The position numbers were made by a program, and so were the translations under genes. A stretch of 64,000 nt of DNA from Squalus acanthias (taxonomy: Eukaryota): NCBI GenBank assembly GCA_030390025.1, contig CM059438.1:64482001-64546000 (forward strand), in the 5' to 3' direction. Of the stretch, positions 13,226 to 26,344 are shown piece after piece (the first letter of the stretch is position 1; each line of letters begins with the position of its first letter). Under the pieces are notes generated by a model, which was not told the origin of the DNA, ran no database searches, and saw only the letters and a list, made by a program, of their open reading frames with translations.

Positions 13226-13869
13226 ATGTGCTGTAGTTTACAGAGAATGGAGGCTGAAAGCATTGCAATAGTTGCGTCTGGAGGCGACAAAGGCATGAAC
13301 GAGCAACAGATGGGGTGAGGTAGCAGTTTGTTGGTATTTTCAGACAGATATACCAGCCTGGAGTAGTGCTATATGTTATGGTCTTGTGATGTAGTAATGC
13401 ATACATTTGGAGAATGAGGTTACAGAGCACAGGGAACATACAACCAAATAATGAAAGTTGTTTTTTTTTTTCATTTTTTCTTTATCTTTCCGGACAGCAG
13501 GGTATTTTGAAACAAGTCACAAGGTCACAATGGCAATGTCCAGTATAGACCATTCTGAATAAGGTCTAGGTAATTACACCAACGTCCGAAATACCCTGCT
13601 GTCCGGAAAGATAAAGAAAAAATGTAAAAAAAAACAACTTTCATTATTTGGTTGTATGTTCCCTGTGCTCTGTAACCTCATTCTCCAAATGTATGCATTA
13701 CTACATCACAAGACCATAACATATAGCACTACTCCAGGCTGGTATATCTGTCTGAAATTACCAACAAACTGCTACCTCACCCCATTTGTTGGTCGTTTAT
13801 GACTTTGTCACCTCCAGACGCGACTATTGCAATGCTTTCAGCCTCCATTCTCTGTAAACTACAGCACAT
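13226..13869. repeat. Long inverted duplication, arms 13226-13507 and 13589-13869, ~80-bp spacer
   Basis: Direct reverse-complement match of the arms with few mismatches. Confidence 0.95.
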
Positions 13870-14345
13870 CCAAAACTCTGCTGCCCATATCTAATCACAC
13901 TCCAAGTCCTGTTGATCATTACCCTATCCTCACTGATCTGCATTTGGTCCTGGCCCCCCAGTGCATCAAATTTAAAGTTATTATCCTTCTGTTTATATCC
14001 CCCCATGGCTTCTCCACTCCCTACCTCTGTCACCCCTCCCTCTCTCTGTGACCTCCTCCAGCACAACATCCCCCACCCAATCCCTCCGTTCCTCTTACTG
14101 TGGCCCGTTGTGCTCCCTCCCTTTGCCCTACCATTGATGGCTGTGAATTACCTCCATCTCTCCGCGTCCCTCTCCTCCTTGAAGAGCCTTCTCAGACCAA
14201 ACTTTTGGACATCTCCCCGCACCCACCCCGCCACCCCTCCTAATATCTCCTTCTTCAGCGTGGCATCCATTTTTTGGATATGCCTCTGAGAAGTGCTTGG
14301 GACAATTTTCTGTGATAAGGATGTTTTATAAATGCAAATGTCTTG
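13790..14345 (+). mobile_element. Highly decayed L2 3' fragment
   Basis: TTTGTCACCTCCAGACGCGACTATTGCAATGC, a LTDLHL-type segment and an L2-like tail (TATAAATGCAA). Confidence 0.6.
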
Positions 14346-14929
14346 CATATAAAATTATTTCAACATGGCAAAACATTCTGGATTTGCAGCAGTTTAAAGG
14401 CAGAGAAAGTTGAAAACAGTCCGATATGATTTGATCACATTGTAACCCATTTTAAACGTCCTTTGATCACCTGCTCTGCACTGTTAGATCTAGAATTTTG
14501 ATACGAGGATTTCAGTCAGATGTCCTTGTCCAATTATGAGGAGAGTGATACTGGGTTCTCGGAGTTAATATGGAGAAGAACATTGATGCAGTGAGGATTC
14601 TGTGCCCCAATTCTCCTACAATATAATTTGACCTGGTGCTTATTACATGAACTATTGACAAACAATGACAGAACGTCACCACTCCAACCATTGATAACTT
14701 TTATTGACCATCACACAATGGCACAGCTTGGATCTTCTCTGAAGTGTTTACCCAGAAGGGAGCAGCTGAAGCTGTTAGTCAACCTATGCTGAGAAACCGT
14801 CAAGAACTAACAAGTGCCATTATCCACGATTAAACAGACCCTTCCACCTGTAAGAGGTTTATATAGCGTTGCGGAGAGGTTCTGTTTTAGCACGGGCAGC
14901 TTTGTAACCTGTGAAACAGCAAAACACCT

Positions 14930-15657
14930 GGGAGGAAAAATTGGGTCGCGTACCCTTTGGGGCGCTAACTTCGCCGTGGCGCTACTTTTAGCGCCCCAAA
15001 AAAGTTATCACCCCCCGCGCCCGAAATTCACTGGTAGCGCCCCAAGAGACCCTCTTGGGGCGCTGCGAGTGAATATCGCGGCGCTATGTGCAGCAGCGCC
15101 ACACGCTGCGGCACGTCGCGCCACGTTACTGCAGGCATTCCTCCCCTTATTAAAGGGGAGGGGCCTAGCGCAGCGTGACCCGGGGCCCAGCTAGGCCACC
15201 AGGGATCGGAGTGCCGGCAAAACAGCCCGGCACTCAAGAGAAGTGCCGGGCTCACGGAGCGTAGCCGGAACCCCGTGGGGGAGGTTGCACTGGAGGCCAG
15301 GGACAGCAACGGGGGCAGGTGCTGGCAGGCGGCCAGCAACAAAAATGGCCGCCCGGCACCTCCCCTTTAATTTGCGCCGCCCCGGCTGCAGGTAGGCCCC
15401 ATGACCCTGTCGGACATAGCGTCCGGCGGTAAGTCAGGGGGCGCTACCGAAGATCGTGGCCGGGGCACAAGCGGGGCGCTGCACACGGCGATGATGTTAT
15501 TGCCGGAGGCGCAGCACCGCGGGGCGCTAATGGTTACCGCCGCTGCTAACCTCCCGCTGAATTTCGCGGGAAGCATCAGCGGCGTCGCGCCCAGGCGCTA
15601 TTTGCTTTGCGCCCCATTAGCGCCCTCTTCGGCGCAAATCAACCGAGTTTTTCCCCA
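14930..15657. mobile_element. Harbinger-type MITE
   Basis: Degenerate TIRs GGAGGAAAAATTGGG / CCGAGTTTTTCCCC; GC-rich TAGCGCC subterminal motifs shared with 4957-5849; TSD unclear. Confidence 0.7.
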
Positions 15658-16794
15658 TAGCCTAGTTACTTGGAAACCAGCACATGTTAGTTGGCTATTG
15701 GAGCACATCCATTGTCTGCTACTGGATTGCCCAAAAGCCCCTGAGACCGTGCAAATGAGTTGAGTTAAGAAAGAGCAAATAAATGATTCAAGGGAAGCTT
15801 TTTGTTCTCTTTCATCATTCTGTGGAATTAAACAAATTGTTTGATGGACCTAAATGACCTGCTGGTGTTTATTTGGGAGACGGTGTCCTGTAGAAAGAAA
15901 AGCAAAAACGATATACTTTCCCTATTATGTAAAATATTGGAATGAAGCTGATGTAGTTAGGTATCTTGTCTCCTAACATCTGTAATTCCTGCCTGTTCAT
16001 TGTACTGCAGGTGTAATTTTCTGTTCAGCTGAGCAGAACATGAGACAGATTGTAGTTGGCTTTCTCTTTTTTATTAATTTTATGGTTTGACGGGCGAATG
16101 TCACATTAAAAATGAGTCGGCTGTATCAAGGGTGAACCTGCGCAATCTGCTTATGTATTAGGAAAATGTGTCCGTACACTATCTGTACCGCATCAAAAAA
16201 GTTTAATATTAAAAGAGGGATTACCTTTTTGGTGTGCACTAATGCAGTGAGCCTATCAGAAAGGTATAAGAGTTTCACACCTGATATAGGAGTACATTGA
16301 CAAAGAGTGAGTTTCATCACTTTTAATACAAAAAGGCCTTTAAATTTGTAATTTCTACACTTTTTGTTTACTCGTTGCTTAAGTACTTAAGCAAGTCAAA
16401 CTTCTTTTCCTCCAGTGTGATTGTAAATTTGTCTTGGCTGAGAGCTGGAGGACAACTGCAAGGTCTCCAGAAATGGTGATCCGTAGCTGGGCGTGAAGAG
16501 ACACTTAAGAAGAGTCTGTAGTGATGGGTTCGCTGACTTTCCTTCCTTTCCTGTGGCAGCGCTTCCAACCTGAGAACAGTTTTATGAGGCTGAAAACTCA
16601 GCCAATTGCTGAACATGTAAAGAATAGCCAAATTGGTGAGGATTGAGAGGCCAAGATCCCACTAGGATCTCAGATCCTTCATTTATTCCGTTTGGTGCAA
16701 AATATTTTACTGAACCAAGTAATAAGATCAGAGGTGGAATAAGAGGCAAGCTACTGAGGTGGATTTAAAATAGTTTAAACGTGATTGGGGCTGT

Positions 16795-17420
16795 GTTGAT
16801 GTGGTAGAGGGTCGCTAGTGGGGTGCTGAGGGATCAGTGCTGCAGCCATTGCAGTGTATAAAAATGATTTGGAGACAGAACCAAAACTAAGTTTGCCAAT
16901 GACACCAAGTTGGGTTTCAAATGATAAGGAACGGACAAATCAAATATATAGCAATCTGGATAGATTGGAAAGGTGGCAAAGGGCATTTAACATGGACAAA
17001 TACATAGTAATGATTATAATGAAGGGTGATAAACCATGGGAATCTAAACAAGAAGGCTCTGACACAGCCACAGAAGACAGCACAGGAGAGGGGTCTGTGT
17101 CTGTGTGGATAGCTTGTTAAAACCAACAGCACAGTGTGTGGCAGCAGTGAAGAAAACAAATTGGATCATGGGGTCTACACTCAAAGGGATAGGGTACCAA
17201 TCTCAGGAGGTGATAATAGATTTGCACAAGAGACTATAGCGTGACCATACCTGGAGTACTGTGTAAAATTCTGGTCATCCGACTACATAAAGGATAACTT
17301 GCCATTGGAGGCAGTGCAGAAAGGGACAACCAAACTGATAGCTAGTTTAAAGCCTCTGAGCCAAGAGGAGAGGTTGAAGAACCTGGGATTGTTCATAATG
17401 GAGAAGATATTATCTAAGTT
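16795..17420 (+). mobile_element. Old, heavily decayed CR1 fragment
   Basis: Remnants of SGVPQGSVL, KFANDTKL and RPYLEYCVKFWS coding sequence. Confidence 0.65.
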
Positions 17421-17648
17421 TTAGGGTGGCTGATTGTGTGGGAGGTATTGATTTTCAGCCTAGCTAGATGGACTGCAGTGACTTTACAGTTTTTTACTAC
17501 CCTCTGTCAACATACTTGTATCTTTATATGAAAAAGAAGGGTGATTGTTCAAAGTTGATGTCCCCCTCAGGATGAGAGTGAGTTGGTAGCTCTGTAGAGG
17601 GATCTGTTTGGCAGCTTCTCATAACAGCAGGGCTGGATCAGGAACTTA

Positions 17649-18491
17649 GGGCGCGGTCTTGCCAGCCCTGGGGAGGAGGGTTTGGAGGCGGGACTGCTGG
17701 GAAAATGGCAGAATCTGGGGGCGGGTACCCATCCCGCCCCCAACCCGCCTCCGTGCCATCTTCCCAGGAGGCAGGTAGCCGACCCGCACCGGGTCCCGAC
17801 TCCTGGAGGCGGGAAGGGGATTACAGCCACTTAACTGCCTGTTAACGGGTAGTTAACAGGCAGTTAAGAGGATTATCCCCATTTTTCCAACAGAGGCGCG
17901 GCTTCCCAATGTCGGGAAACCCCGCCAGGGTCACCGAGGCGAGCAGTGGGTCTGCGGGGGTCGGAGGGGTGCAAAAGTGCACTGTGAAGGTAAGTGATGG
18001 GTGCAAGTGTGGAGAGGTAATTATGTGAAGTGAGTGGAAAGTGATAGAAAACGCTTACTTACCTTTGTTTCTTCCTGTAGGCTTCAACAGTTGGGGACGC
18101 GGAGAGTCTCGCATCTCACTGGCAGAGATGACAGATGGCTGCTGCATTCTCCGATGCAACAGCCATCTCATTTCTGCTCACAAAAGAGGTTTGATGAGTC
18201 TTGAATACAAGGACTGATCAAACAACAGCGAATGTCAGTGTTTGACAGCTTCACAGAGCTGTCGAACGATGACAAGTCATCTGTCAAAAATTTTTGACAG
18301 ATGAAACGTCATACGCTGACGTTCTCTATAACCGGCTTCCCCTTAATTGGCCTGCTAAGCCCGCTGGGCGGGTTTAACAAGGTCTATCAAGGGAAAATAG
18401 CGTGGGTTGGCCAGATGTCGTAGAGGCGGGACTAAAATCCGACAAGCAGTAGCCCCGCCTCCAACGCGCCCCCATTGACAAAATCGCCCCC
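17649..18491. mobile_element. Non-autonomous Harbinger (second lineage)
   Basis: TIRs GGGCGCGGTCTTGCC / GACAAAATCGCCCCC; TSD TTA (17646-48, 18492-94); internal blocks shared with 39635-40510 and 23882-25639. Confidence 0.85.
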
Positions 18492-18849
18492 TTAGTATCA
18501 GGGAGTGGTGTGCACTGTTTTGGTTCATGGACTTGTTGGGATGTAATTAATTCACAGGACCTCATTGTCACTCACCTCCATTGTGAACATAAGTTTGATT
18601 CGATGAAGTTTGCACACTAGTTTATAATGTGTGCCTTATTTCACATAAAAATAATTGAACAGGAAATATAAGTATATTTTAGTTTCTGTATTTGTTACAA
18701 CTTCAAGAACCCAATTTTTTTATTCAGGTTTTTTAGTATGCAGTTGACGATGTTTAACCCAAATGTGTTTGAACTGGAATATTTTTGTGCTATAAGGAAA
18801 TTTTTCCCCTCTGGTTTCCATCATAAATCACAGAAGTGTCATTAGCTCT

Positions 18850-19510
18850 GTGATAGAATTGAATTCTACCTAATCCTGGTTGTCCAGTGTAATGTAGTAT
18901 CACATGGTTTGTCACATGGTTTAGTATGAGCATGCTCAGTTAGCTCTGGCCTAGTAAAGCAAGCACATTGACTAGCAACTCATCGTCTCTGTCCTTCATT
19001 TGTTCTACCCACATATATTATCTTTTTGGTGACGAGAATGGGATCCCAAAGCCATTGTTAGGGATCATGGAAGGACACAGTGTTCAACCTTCGAGTGGAA
19101 AAGTTTAAGGTGTATTTGTAACACCTAAACTGAATTTTTGTGATGTTTTACTGTTAATGCTGATGCAGAATCGTCTGTGCTTCACCTTCGTGTGTATGTA
19201 TACACAGCAACAGCGGCGTTGATTTTCACAGGTGCACAGGTAGCGTGCTGAGTCACTGTTCAACGGGATCGGGACAATCATGGCCGTGCCTACGGGATTC
19301 ATCGGAAGCCTCGGCATGTATGACCGAGCTTGCGAACTATTCAGTTTTTACATTGAGCGGATGGAGATGTTTTTTTAAGGCCAATAACATTATTGAGACC
19401 GAAGGTGCAGATGAGAATGTTCAAGCTCAAAATAAAGTAATTCGTGAACGGAAGAAAGCAATTTTACAAATGCGATCGGGCCAGATGTCTACGGAACTTT
19501 GACAAACCAT
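18850..19510 (+). mobile_element. Ty3/Gypsy LTR retrotransposon 5' remnant (LTR, PBS, gag start)
   Basis: PBS-like TGGTGACGAG at 19027-19036; from ATG 19280 MAVPTGFIGSLGMYD...YIERMEMFF (frameshift) KANNI...RKKAIL, resembling a Gypsy gag N-terminus; LTR start approximate. Confidence 0.65.
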
Positions 19511-19857
19511 GTGATAATACATTACATCCAGTAATGGGAACAGGTTGCAGATGTTGCTAATGATGATTTACAAAGAGTAATAGTGACCTAGATTGCAAGT
19601 ATTTTTAAATATATATGGCAATGAATTTACTCTTTGAGTGATGTATAGAGTGGTCATATTGTAATCAGTAAGACTAGCCTGGTCTGCATTAGCAGTGCTG
19701 TTAACAGGGACTGTGCAGCTTTCAAACGTGCAAGTTCTAAGAATGTGATTTAACTAATGAGTCATTTAATCACAGGAAAAATGTGCATTCTCTTTTTTTT
19801 CTGGAAGAGGAATTCTATCCCTACAGTTACTTTGTTAGGGAATGAAACATTAGTTAG

Positions 19858-19985
19858 TTAGGGGTATCAAGGGATATGGAGCAATGGCAGGCAAATGAGG
19901 TGGAGGTACAGGTCAGCCATGACCTAACTAAATGGCAGAACAGGCTGGAAGGGCTGAATGGGACTACTCCTGTTCCTGTGTTCCT
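19858..19985 (+). mobile_element. CR1 3' tail fragment
   Basis: ATCAAGGGATATGG...CAGCCATGA...GGCTGAATGG..CTACTCCTGTTCCT, as in the tails at 7380-7505 and 29100-29240. Confidence 0.7.
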
Positions 19986-20090
19986 CTTTGGTCACCAGGC
20001 TAATATAATGCACTCCCCTGTCAGGTCTAAGTTGGGGCAGATGCAGAATGTGATCAACACTGATATGCTTCGACAGGCCTCAGCCCTAAC

Positions 20091-21849
20091 ATAGAATCAT
20101 AGAAAGTTACAGCACGGAAGGAGGCCATTTCGGCCCATCGTGTCCGTGCCGGCCAACAAAGAGCTATCCAGCCTAATCCCACATCCCAGCTCCTGGCCTG
20201 TAGCCCTGCAGGTTACAGCATCCCAACTGTACATCCAAGTACTTTTTAAATGTGGTTAGGGTTCCTGCCTCTACCACCCTTTCAGCCAGTGTGTTCCAGA
20301 CCCCCACAACCCTCTGGGTGAAGAAATCTCCCCTCAAATCCCCTCTAAACCTTCCCCCAATTACTTTAAATCTGTGCCCCCTGGTTTTTGACCCCTCTGC
20401 TAAGGGAAATAGGTCCTTTCTATCCACTTTATCTAGGCCCCTCATAATTTTATACACCTCAATAAAGTCTCCCTCAGCCTCCTCTGTTCCAAGGAAAACA
20501 GACCCAGCCTATCCAGTCTTCCCTCATAGCTAAGATTCTCTACTCCTGGCAACATCCTTGCAAATCTCCTCTGTACCCTCTCTAGTGCAATCACATCTTT
20601 CCTGTAATATGGTGACCAGAACTGCACGCAGTACTCTAGCTGAGGCCTAACTAGTGTTTTATACAGTTGAAGCATAACCTCTCTGCTCTTGTATTCTATG
20701 CCACGGCTAATAAAGGCAAGCATTCCGTATGCCTTCTTAACCACCTTATCTACCTGGCCTGCTACCTTCAGGGATCTGTGGACATGCACTCCAAGGTCCC
20801 TTTGTTCCTCTACACTACTCAGTGTCCTACCATTTAATGTGTATTCCCTTTCCTTGTTAGCCCTCCCCAAATGCATTACCTCACACTTCTCCGGATTGAA
20901 TTCCATTTGCCACTGTTCTGCCCACCTGACCAATTTATTGATATCTTCCTGCAGTCTACAGCTTTCTTCTTCAGTATTAACCACACAGCCGATATTAGTA
21001 TCATCTGCAAACTTCTTAATCATACGTACTATATTCAAGTCGAGATCATTGATATATACCACAAAAAGCAAGGGACCTAGTACTGAGCCCTGCGGAACCC
21101 CTGGAAACAGCCTTCCATTCACAAAAACACCCATCATCCATTACCCTCTGCTTCCTGCCTCCGAGCCAGTTTTGAATCCAACTTGACACTTTGCCCTGGA
21201 TCCCATGGGCTTTTAACTTCCTGACCAGTTTGCCATGTGGAACCTTATCAAAAGTCCATATACACTACATCAAACGCATTACCCTCATCTACCCTCCTTG
21301 TTACCTCCTCAAAAAATGCAATCAATTTGTCAGACACGACCTTCCCTTAACAAATCCGTGCTGACTATCCTTGATTAATCCGTGTCTTTCTAAATGAAGA
21401 TTTATCCTGTCCTTCAGAATTCTTTCCAATAATTTTCCCATCACCGAGGTTAGGCTGACTGGCCTGTAATTACTCGGTCTCTCCCTTTCTCCCTTTTTCA
21501 ACAACGGTACCACGTTAGCAGTCCTCCAGTCCTCTGGCACCACACCTGTAGCTAGAGAGGATTGGAAAATGATGGTCAAGGCCTCTGCTATTTCCTCTTT
21601 TGCTTTGCTTAACAGCCTGGGATACATTCCATCCGGGCCTGGGGATTTATCCACTTTTAAAGCTGCTAAACCCCTTAATACTTCCTCTCTCACTATGTTT
21701 ATTTCATCTAATATTTCACACTCTTCCCCACTGATAGCAATGTCTGCTTCGCCCCTCTCCCGATGTGAAAACAGACGCAAAGTATTCATTAAGATCCCTA
21801 CCAACGTCTCCCGCCTCCACACACAGATTACCCTCATGATCTCTAATAG
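20091..21849 (-). mobile_element. CR1 LINE, 5'-truncated
   Basis: Minus ORFs 21322-21837, 20442-21137 and 20173-20457 with RT motifs; GCCCTAAC on both flanks as probable TSD. Confidence 0.95.
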
Positions 21850-22198
21850 GCCCTAACCTTAGAAGAGAACCACAGTAGTCTGAACTCTTCCATTCTCGCA
21901 GCAGACACCCTTGCGGTATTGCAAAGTCATACTGCCTGCTCAATGTTGGTCCAGATTGGCCTTGGTGTGCTGTCAGTCACTCTAGAAATTGAATTGAGAA
22001 TAGCCAACCTCATTTTGTTTTGAACCATCAGACAAAGGGCCTTCAACTCATCAGCCTGTGCTCAATTCAAACCAGTGACGCGAGCGATCACTATCTCTTC
22101 TCAATACTAGTTACACCACAGATCAACAGATGGGTAGGGCAATGTAACAGGACCAAACCAAATCAAATTTTCTTTTCTTTTAAATCCTCTCACTGTAG

Positions 22199-22600
22199 CT
22201 TGGATCTGAACGTGAACTGCCCTGTGAGTGCAAGCTTTCAATCCTGAGACGGCCGCAGATGCAATGGCAGCATCTTTTGAATGCTGCACAACTCAAATTC
22301 TGAGCTTACTTGGTTTTCCTCAGCATCCTGGATTTGTTCCCATGAGCTTAGGAAAGGCGGTGCACTCTGGCCCAGTGAAGTCCTCTCCCAGTGAATGTAA
22401 ACACTGCAGGCGGGCCCGGCTGGATCAGACTCGACCACACACCCTGTGCGAAAGCATCAATTCATGTGCTCTGCAGCCACCAAGTTTGTGTTTGATTTTA
22501 AGATCTGCTACAGATCAGAAGAAGATGGGCAGAGATGGGAATATTTCAGATGAGACACTGAATAATGCAAAGGAGCTTCAAGAGACACAATTACAAGCTG
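22199..22600 (+). other. Candidate host exon (unidentified)
   Basis: Pyrimidine tract plus CTGTAG acceptor, ATG in a good context (GCAATGG) at 22264, frame open to a G|GTAAAT donor; no protein family recognised. Confidence 0.25.
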
Positions 22601-23379
22601 GTAAATTGTTGTAATGCTGGCAGCCATTTTGGAAAAACTGTTTGTCCTCACCTAATTTAAAATGGAAGACGACATTGTACACAATTTGGGGAAAATCTGT
22701 TGCATTTGGGGAGGCCCCAAATAACTCTTAATTGATGGGTAAAGTAGGAAATTGTTTCATTCCCTAGCATTGCTATCCTTCAGGTTAATAAATGTCAAAT
22801 GCATCCTGAGTTCTTTTTTTAAATGTAATGAATTTGGCACAGGGTCCCGATTACAAGTTATTTTTCTATTGGGGCAATTTGGAAAAACAGATTGTGTATG
22901 TAATATTTGGTGCAGCAGTAACCAACTATCAGTGTATGTGAAGCAGAAAATCTTCAGCTTCCAAGCACTGTCTCAGCAGTGAGTCCATTGTACGATAAAG
23001 TAAGAGGGGATACTTGTGATTGTTTACTCTTACAACAGACCTTTACTTACTCTTGTGAAGGACCCTCTAATGTTCTCTGAGCAGCGATACTGGAATTTTG
23101 CATCAATTCAAATGCACTGCACACTAATCATCATTCTAATGTGCAGGGTACCTGGTATTGGATTTCTCTGGTTCAACAATGTGACGGTTCACTGGGTTAG
23201 TTGAGATCTTTCTGTGGGGACAGCATTTTCAATCTTCTCAATAGGTCAGCAGGCATTGACTCAAGTGGGAATAAACACATGGCTTGGAGCACTTGTTACT
23301 GTCAGGTGGGGGAAAATGTTTAATTTCCAGGCACTGTTATTCTTCTCCTTGATGAAAGGAAAGCAAAAAGAAACTTGCA

Positions 23380-25727
23380 TTTATATAATACTTTTCGTAT
23401 CCTCAGGATGTCCCAAAGTGAATCACAGCCAATTCATTTCTTTTGAAGTATAATCACTGAGGTAAGGTAGGTAAACACAGCAGCCAATCTGTGCACAGCA
23501 AGGTTACATAAACAGCAATGCGATGACTGACCAATAAATCTGTTTTGCTGGTGTTGGTTGAGTGATGAATATTGGCCAGGATACCAGGAGAATCGTCGAA
23601 TAATGCAGCACAGAAGGAGACAATTCGGCCCACAGTGCTTGTGCCGGATCTTTGAAAGAGCTATCCAATTAATCCCACTCCTCTGCTCTTGCCCCATAGC
23701 CCTGCAAATGCTTCCTTTTCAAGTATCGGTCCAATTCCTTGAACTCCCCTGCTCCTCGTCAAACAGTACCATGGGATCTTCTGCATCCACTGGAGAGGGC
23801 AGATGGGCCTCGTTTTCACACGTCATCAAAAGACGACACCTCTAACGGTCCTATCCAGCACTCCCTCAGTACTGCACTAAAGGGGGGAATTTTTCAGGGG
23901 GTCAGCGGGGGCGTTTGGAGGCGGGTCAGCTGGAAATACATTTTTTTGACAGCGGGTAGGGAACCCGCTCTCAACCCGCCTCCACGCTAGTCTCCCAGAT
24001 GTCGGGTCTGTCATCGCTGAACAGACCCGACACCAAGCGGCAGGGGAGGCAATTTACATAATTAGCTGGAATGTTAAGAGGCAATTAACGAGTATTTTAT
24101 GCTCACCTTTAGATTTTTAGAGTTTGCCAATGGCTTCCCCGCTGCTCGGGGATCACGTCAGGTAAGGAGGTCGGGTGTTGTGTCAGCATGGGATGATTTC
24201 TTTACTTGACAGCTGCAAATGGTCCATAAAAGCTCCCACTTCATAGGTTAGAAGTTGTTACTTACTGCATTTGGAAGACAGATTGAGCTTTCTGCAGCTT
24301 GCAAGTGTTTGGAGCTAACTCTCTATCCAGTGTCACCTCATTGGAACAACCTCTCTCACCATTTACAGATCGCTTCTGTCATCTCAACCTCACCTGCCAT
24401 CTACTCCATCAGCATCGTTGACCTTGAAAAAATCTCACCTTGGTCCTCAGAATCCCAGCACGATCAGCCCCAGCACCAGCAGCACCAGGCACACCAGCAG
24501 CACCAACAATAACACCAAACTTCTCCACAATCAGCTGGTGCTGCACAGGATACAGGGCATCAGCACCCGACCACATTGCTGCCTGGGAGGCCAGGGATGG
24601 CCTCACCATGGCCAGATTTACTTCACTTGACACTGTACACACATGATGTGCCAGGTTGGCACCACCCCACACCAACACCATAAAACATCTCTACAATGCC
24701 TAAGCCATTCTTTCACACTCATGACCATTGTGGGGGGTACGGTTATGGGTCACCATTCACTGCAACTCACTAAGCCACTTCCAAAGGTGCACACAAATTT
24801 GTCCAAGAACGGAAAGTGTGGAAAATAAAGATTTCAATGTTTGACAGTACAGTAACAGAAACTTCACATGAACATTGGCTAAAACACCCAAGTGCCTACC
24901 CTTGTATGTTGTTAGTTGGTATGATTGGACTAGGATGAGAGTGAGTGTGAGGGGTGGCTAGTGAGATGGGGAAGTGATAATATAGACAGAGAGGGATGGG
25001 TGGAGGTGCAAGGTAAGATGGTGTGAGTAAGGATGTGTAGGAGTAGGGTAGGGAAGGCATAGTGGTGGGGGTACAATGTTAGCACAGCAGGATGAGGTTT
25101 AGTGTGGCTTTGCAGTAACGTTTCGTGATCTACTGAGATCATTGAAAGGTTTGCGCCACTGTAGCCTGGTCCTCCTGATGACATCCCTGCTTGTGTCCTC
25201 CTGTGCAATGTGCAACCAGGCTGCGTTGGTCTCCTGGGGAAGTCTCTTCCGCCCTTGGGAAGGGAAGAGGACATCCCTGTGTGCTGTGACTCCCTCCATA
25301 AGCATATGGAGGGAGTCATGGGAGAGCCTGGGTGCAGCTGTGCACCTCTGAGCAGTGCTTGTCAGTATTTGCAGCACCTCAATGCAGTAGAACAGTGACA
25401 GCTGAACTGTCAAAAACAATTTGCGCATGGTCCCTTTAAGGAAACCGGCTGATGACGCATCACCAAGTGGCGTCATCAGACCCGCTTCCTTCAATTGGCC
25501 GGAAAACGCGCTGGGCGGGCTTAACAAGCCCAATCAGCGTAATATCATTCTACCGAGTGGGCTGGAGCCAGTAGCAGGGTTGCAACCCGCTACTGATCCC
25601 GGCCGCCCCAGACTCGCCTCGGAAGGCGAAAGCACGGCCGAAGTGTCAGCCTGCATTATGTGCTTAAGTCTCTAGAATCCACAGCCTTCTGACTCCAAGG
25701 AGGAGTGCTACCACTGAGCCAAGGGCA
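23380..25727 (-). mobile_element. Deu-domain tRNA SINE split by a CR1 tail (~23600-23740) and a Harbinger (23882-25639)
   Basis: Tail near 23380, Deu domain 23760-23880, and head resuming at 25640-25727 (GTGTCAGCCTG...CCACTGAGCCAAGG). Confidence 0.75.
23882..25639 (-). mobile_element. Internally deleted Harbinger retaining a Myb/SANT gene remnant
   Basis: Minus ORF 25099-25533 AAPRLSHDSLHMLMEGV...RDVLFP...W...RTRLQWRKPFNDL is homologous to the Myb exon at 48531; termini resemble 17649 and 39635. Confidence 0.8.
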
Positions 25728-26344
25728 CGTACAGTGCAAAATAGTGAAGATGTCTTAAATTTTATTTGTAAAGGAATAATGTTTGTCACAGTATAATTAC
25801 TTATCTGCATTAATGTAATTATAAAAATTTGTATCCAAGTTAAGTGTCTAATGTGCAACATCCAGACAGGGCTTTGTTTGAATTTAATAAGTAACTGCTT
25901 TTCAACATATAGTACATTTGATTTTCAGTCTCACAACCAGGTCAATACCATAGTTAGTCAATTATGGAGAGGCAGATTTCTATTGGTGATGTTAGAAACC
26001 TTTAATATTTTGATATTTAGGAAGCAAAAGACTAATAAATAAAAACAAAACTATCTTAGAAATACAGTTGTATCTACTCACTGGACCACCAGTGGTCAGG
26101 TGCTTGCATGTTGCAAGACTACAAGGAAATACAGTGGCACACCTGCGTTGAGATGTCCAATTCATGAATCCTCAGTCACTGTTTGGCATCATAGGGTAAT
26201 TAACAAGCGCCCACAGTGAGACTGCCAGTGATGAGATGCTTGCTTTGCACTACATTGCCGGGGAGCTTTAGGAACAGGATTAGGCCAGTCAGCCTCTCGA
26301 GGCTGCTCAGCAATTCAATTCGACCATGGCTGAAGCCTACAAAG

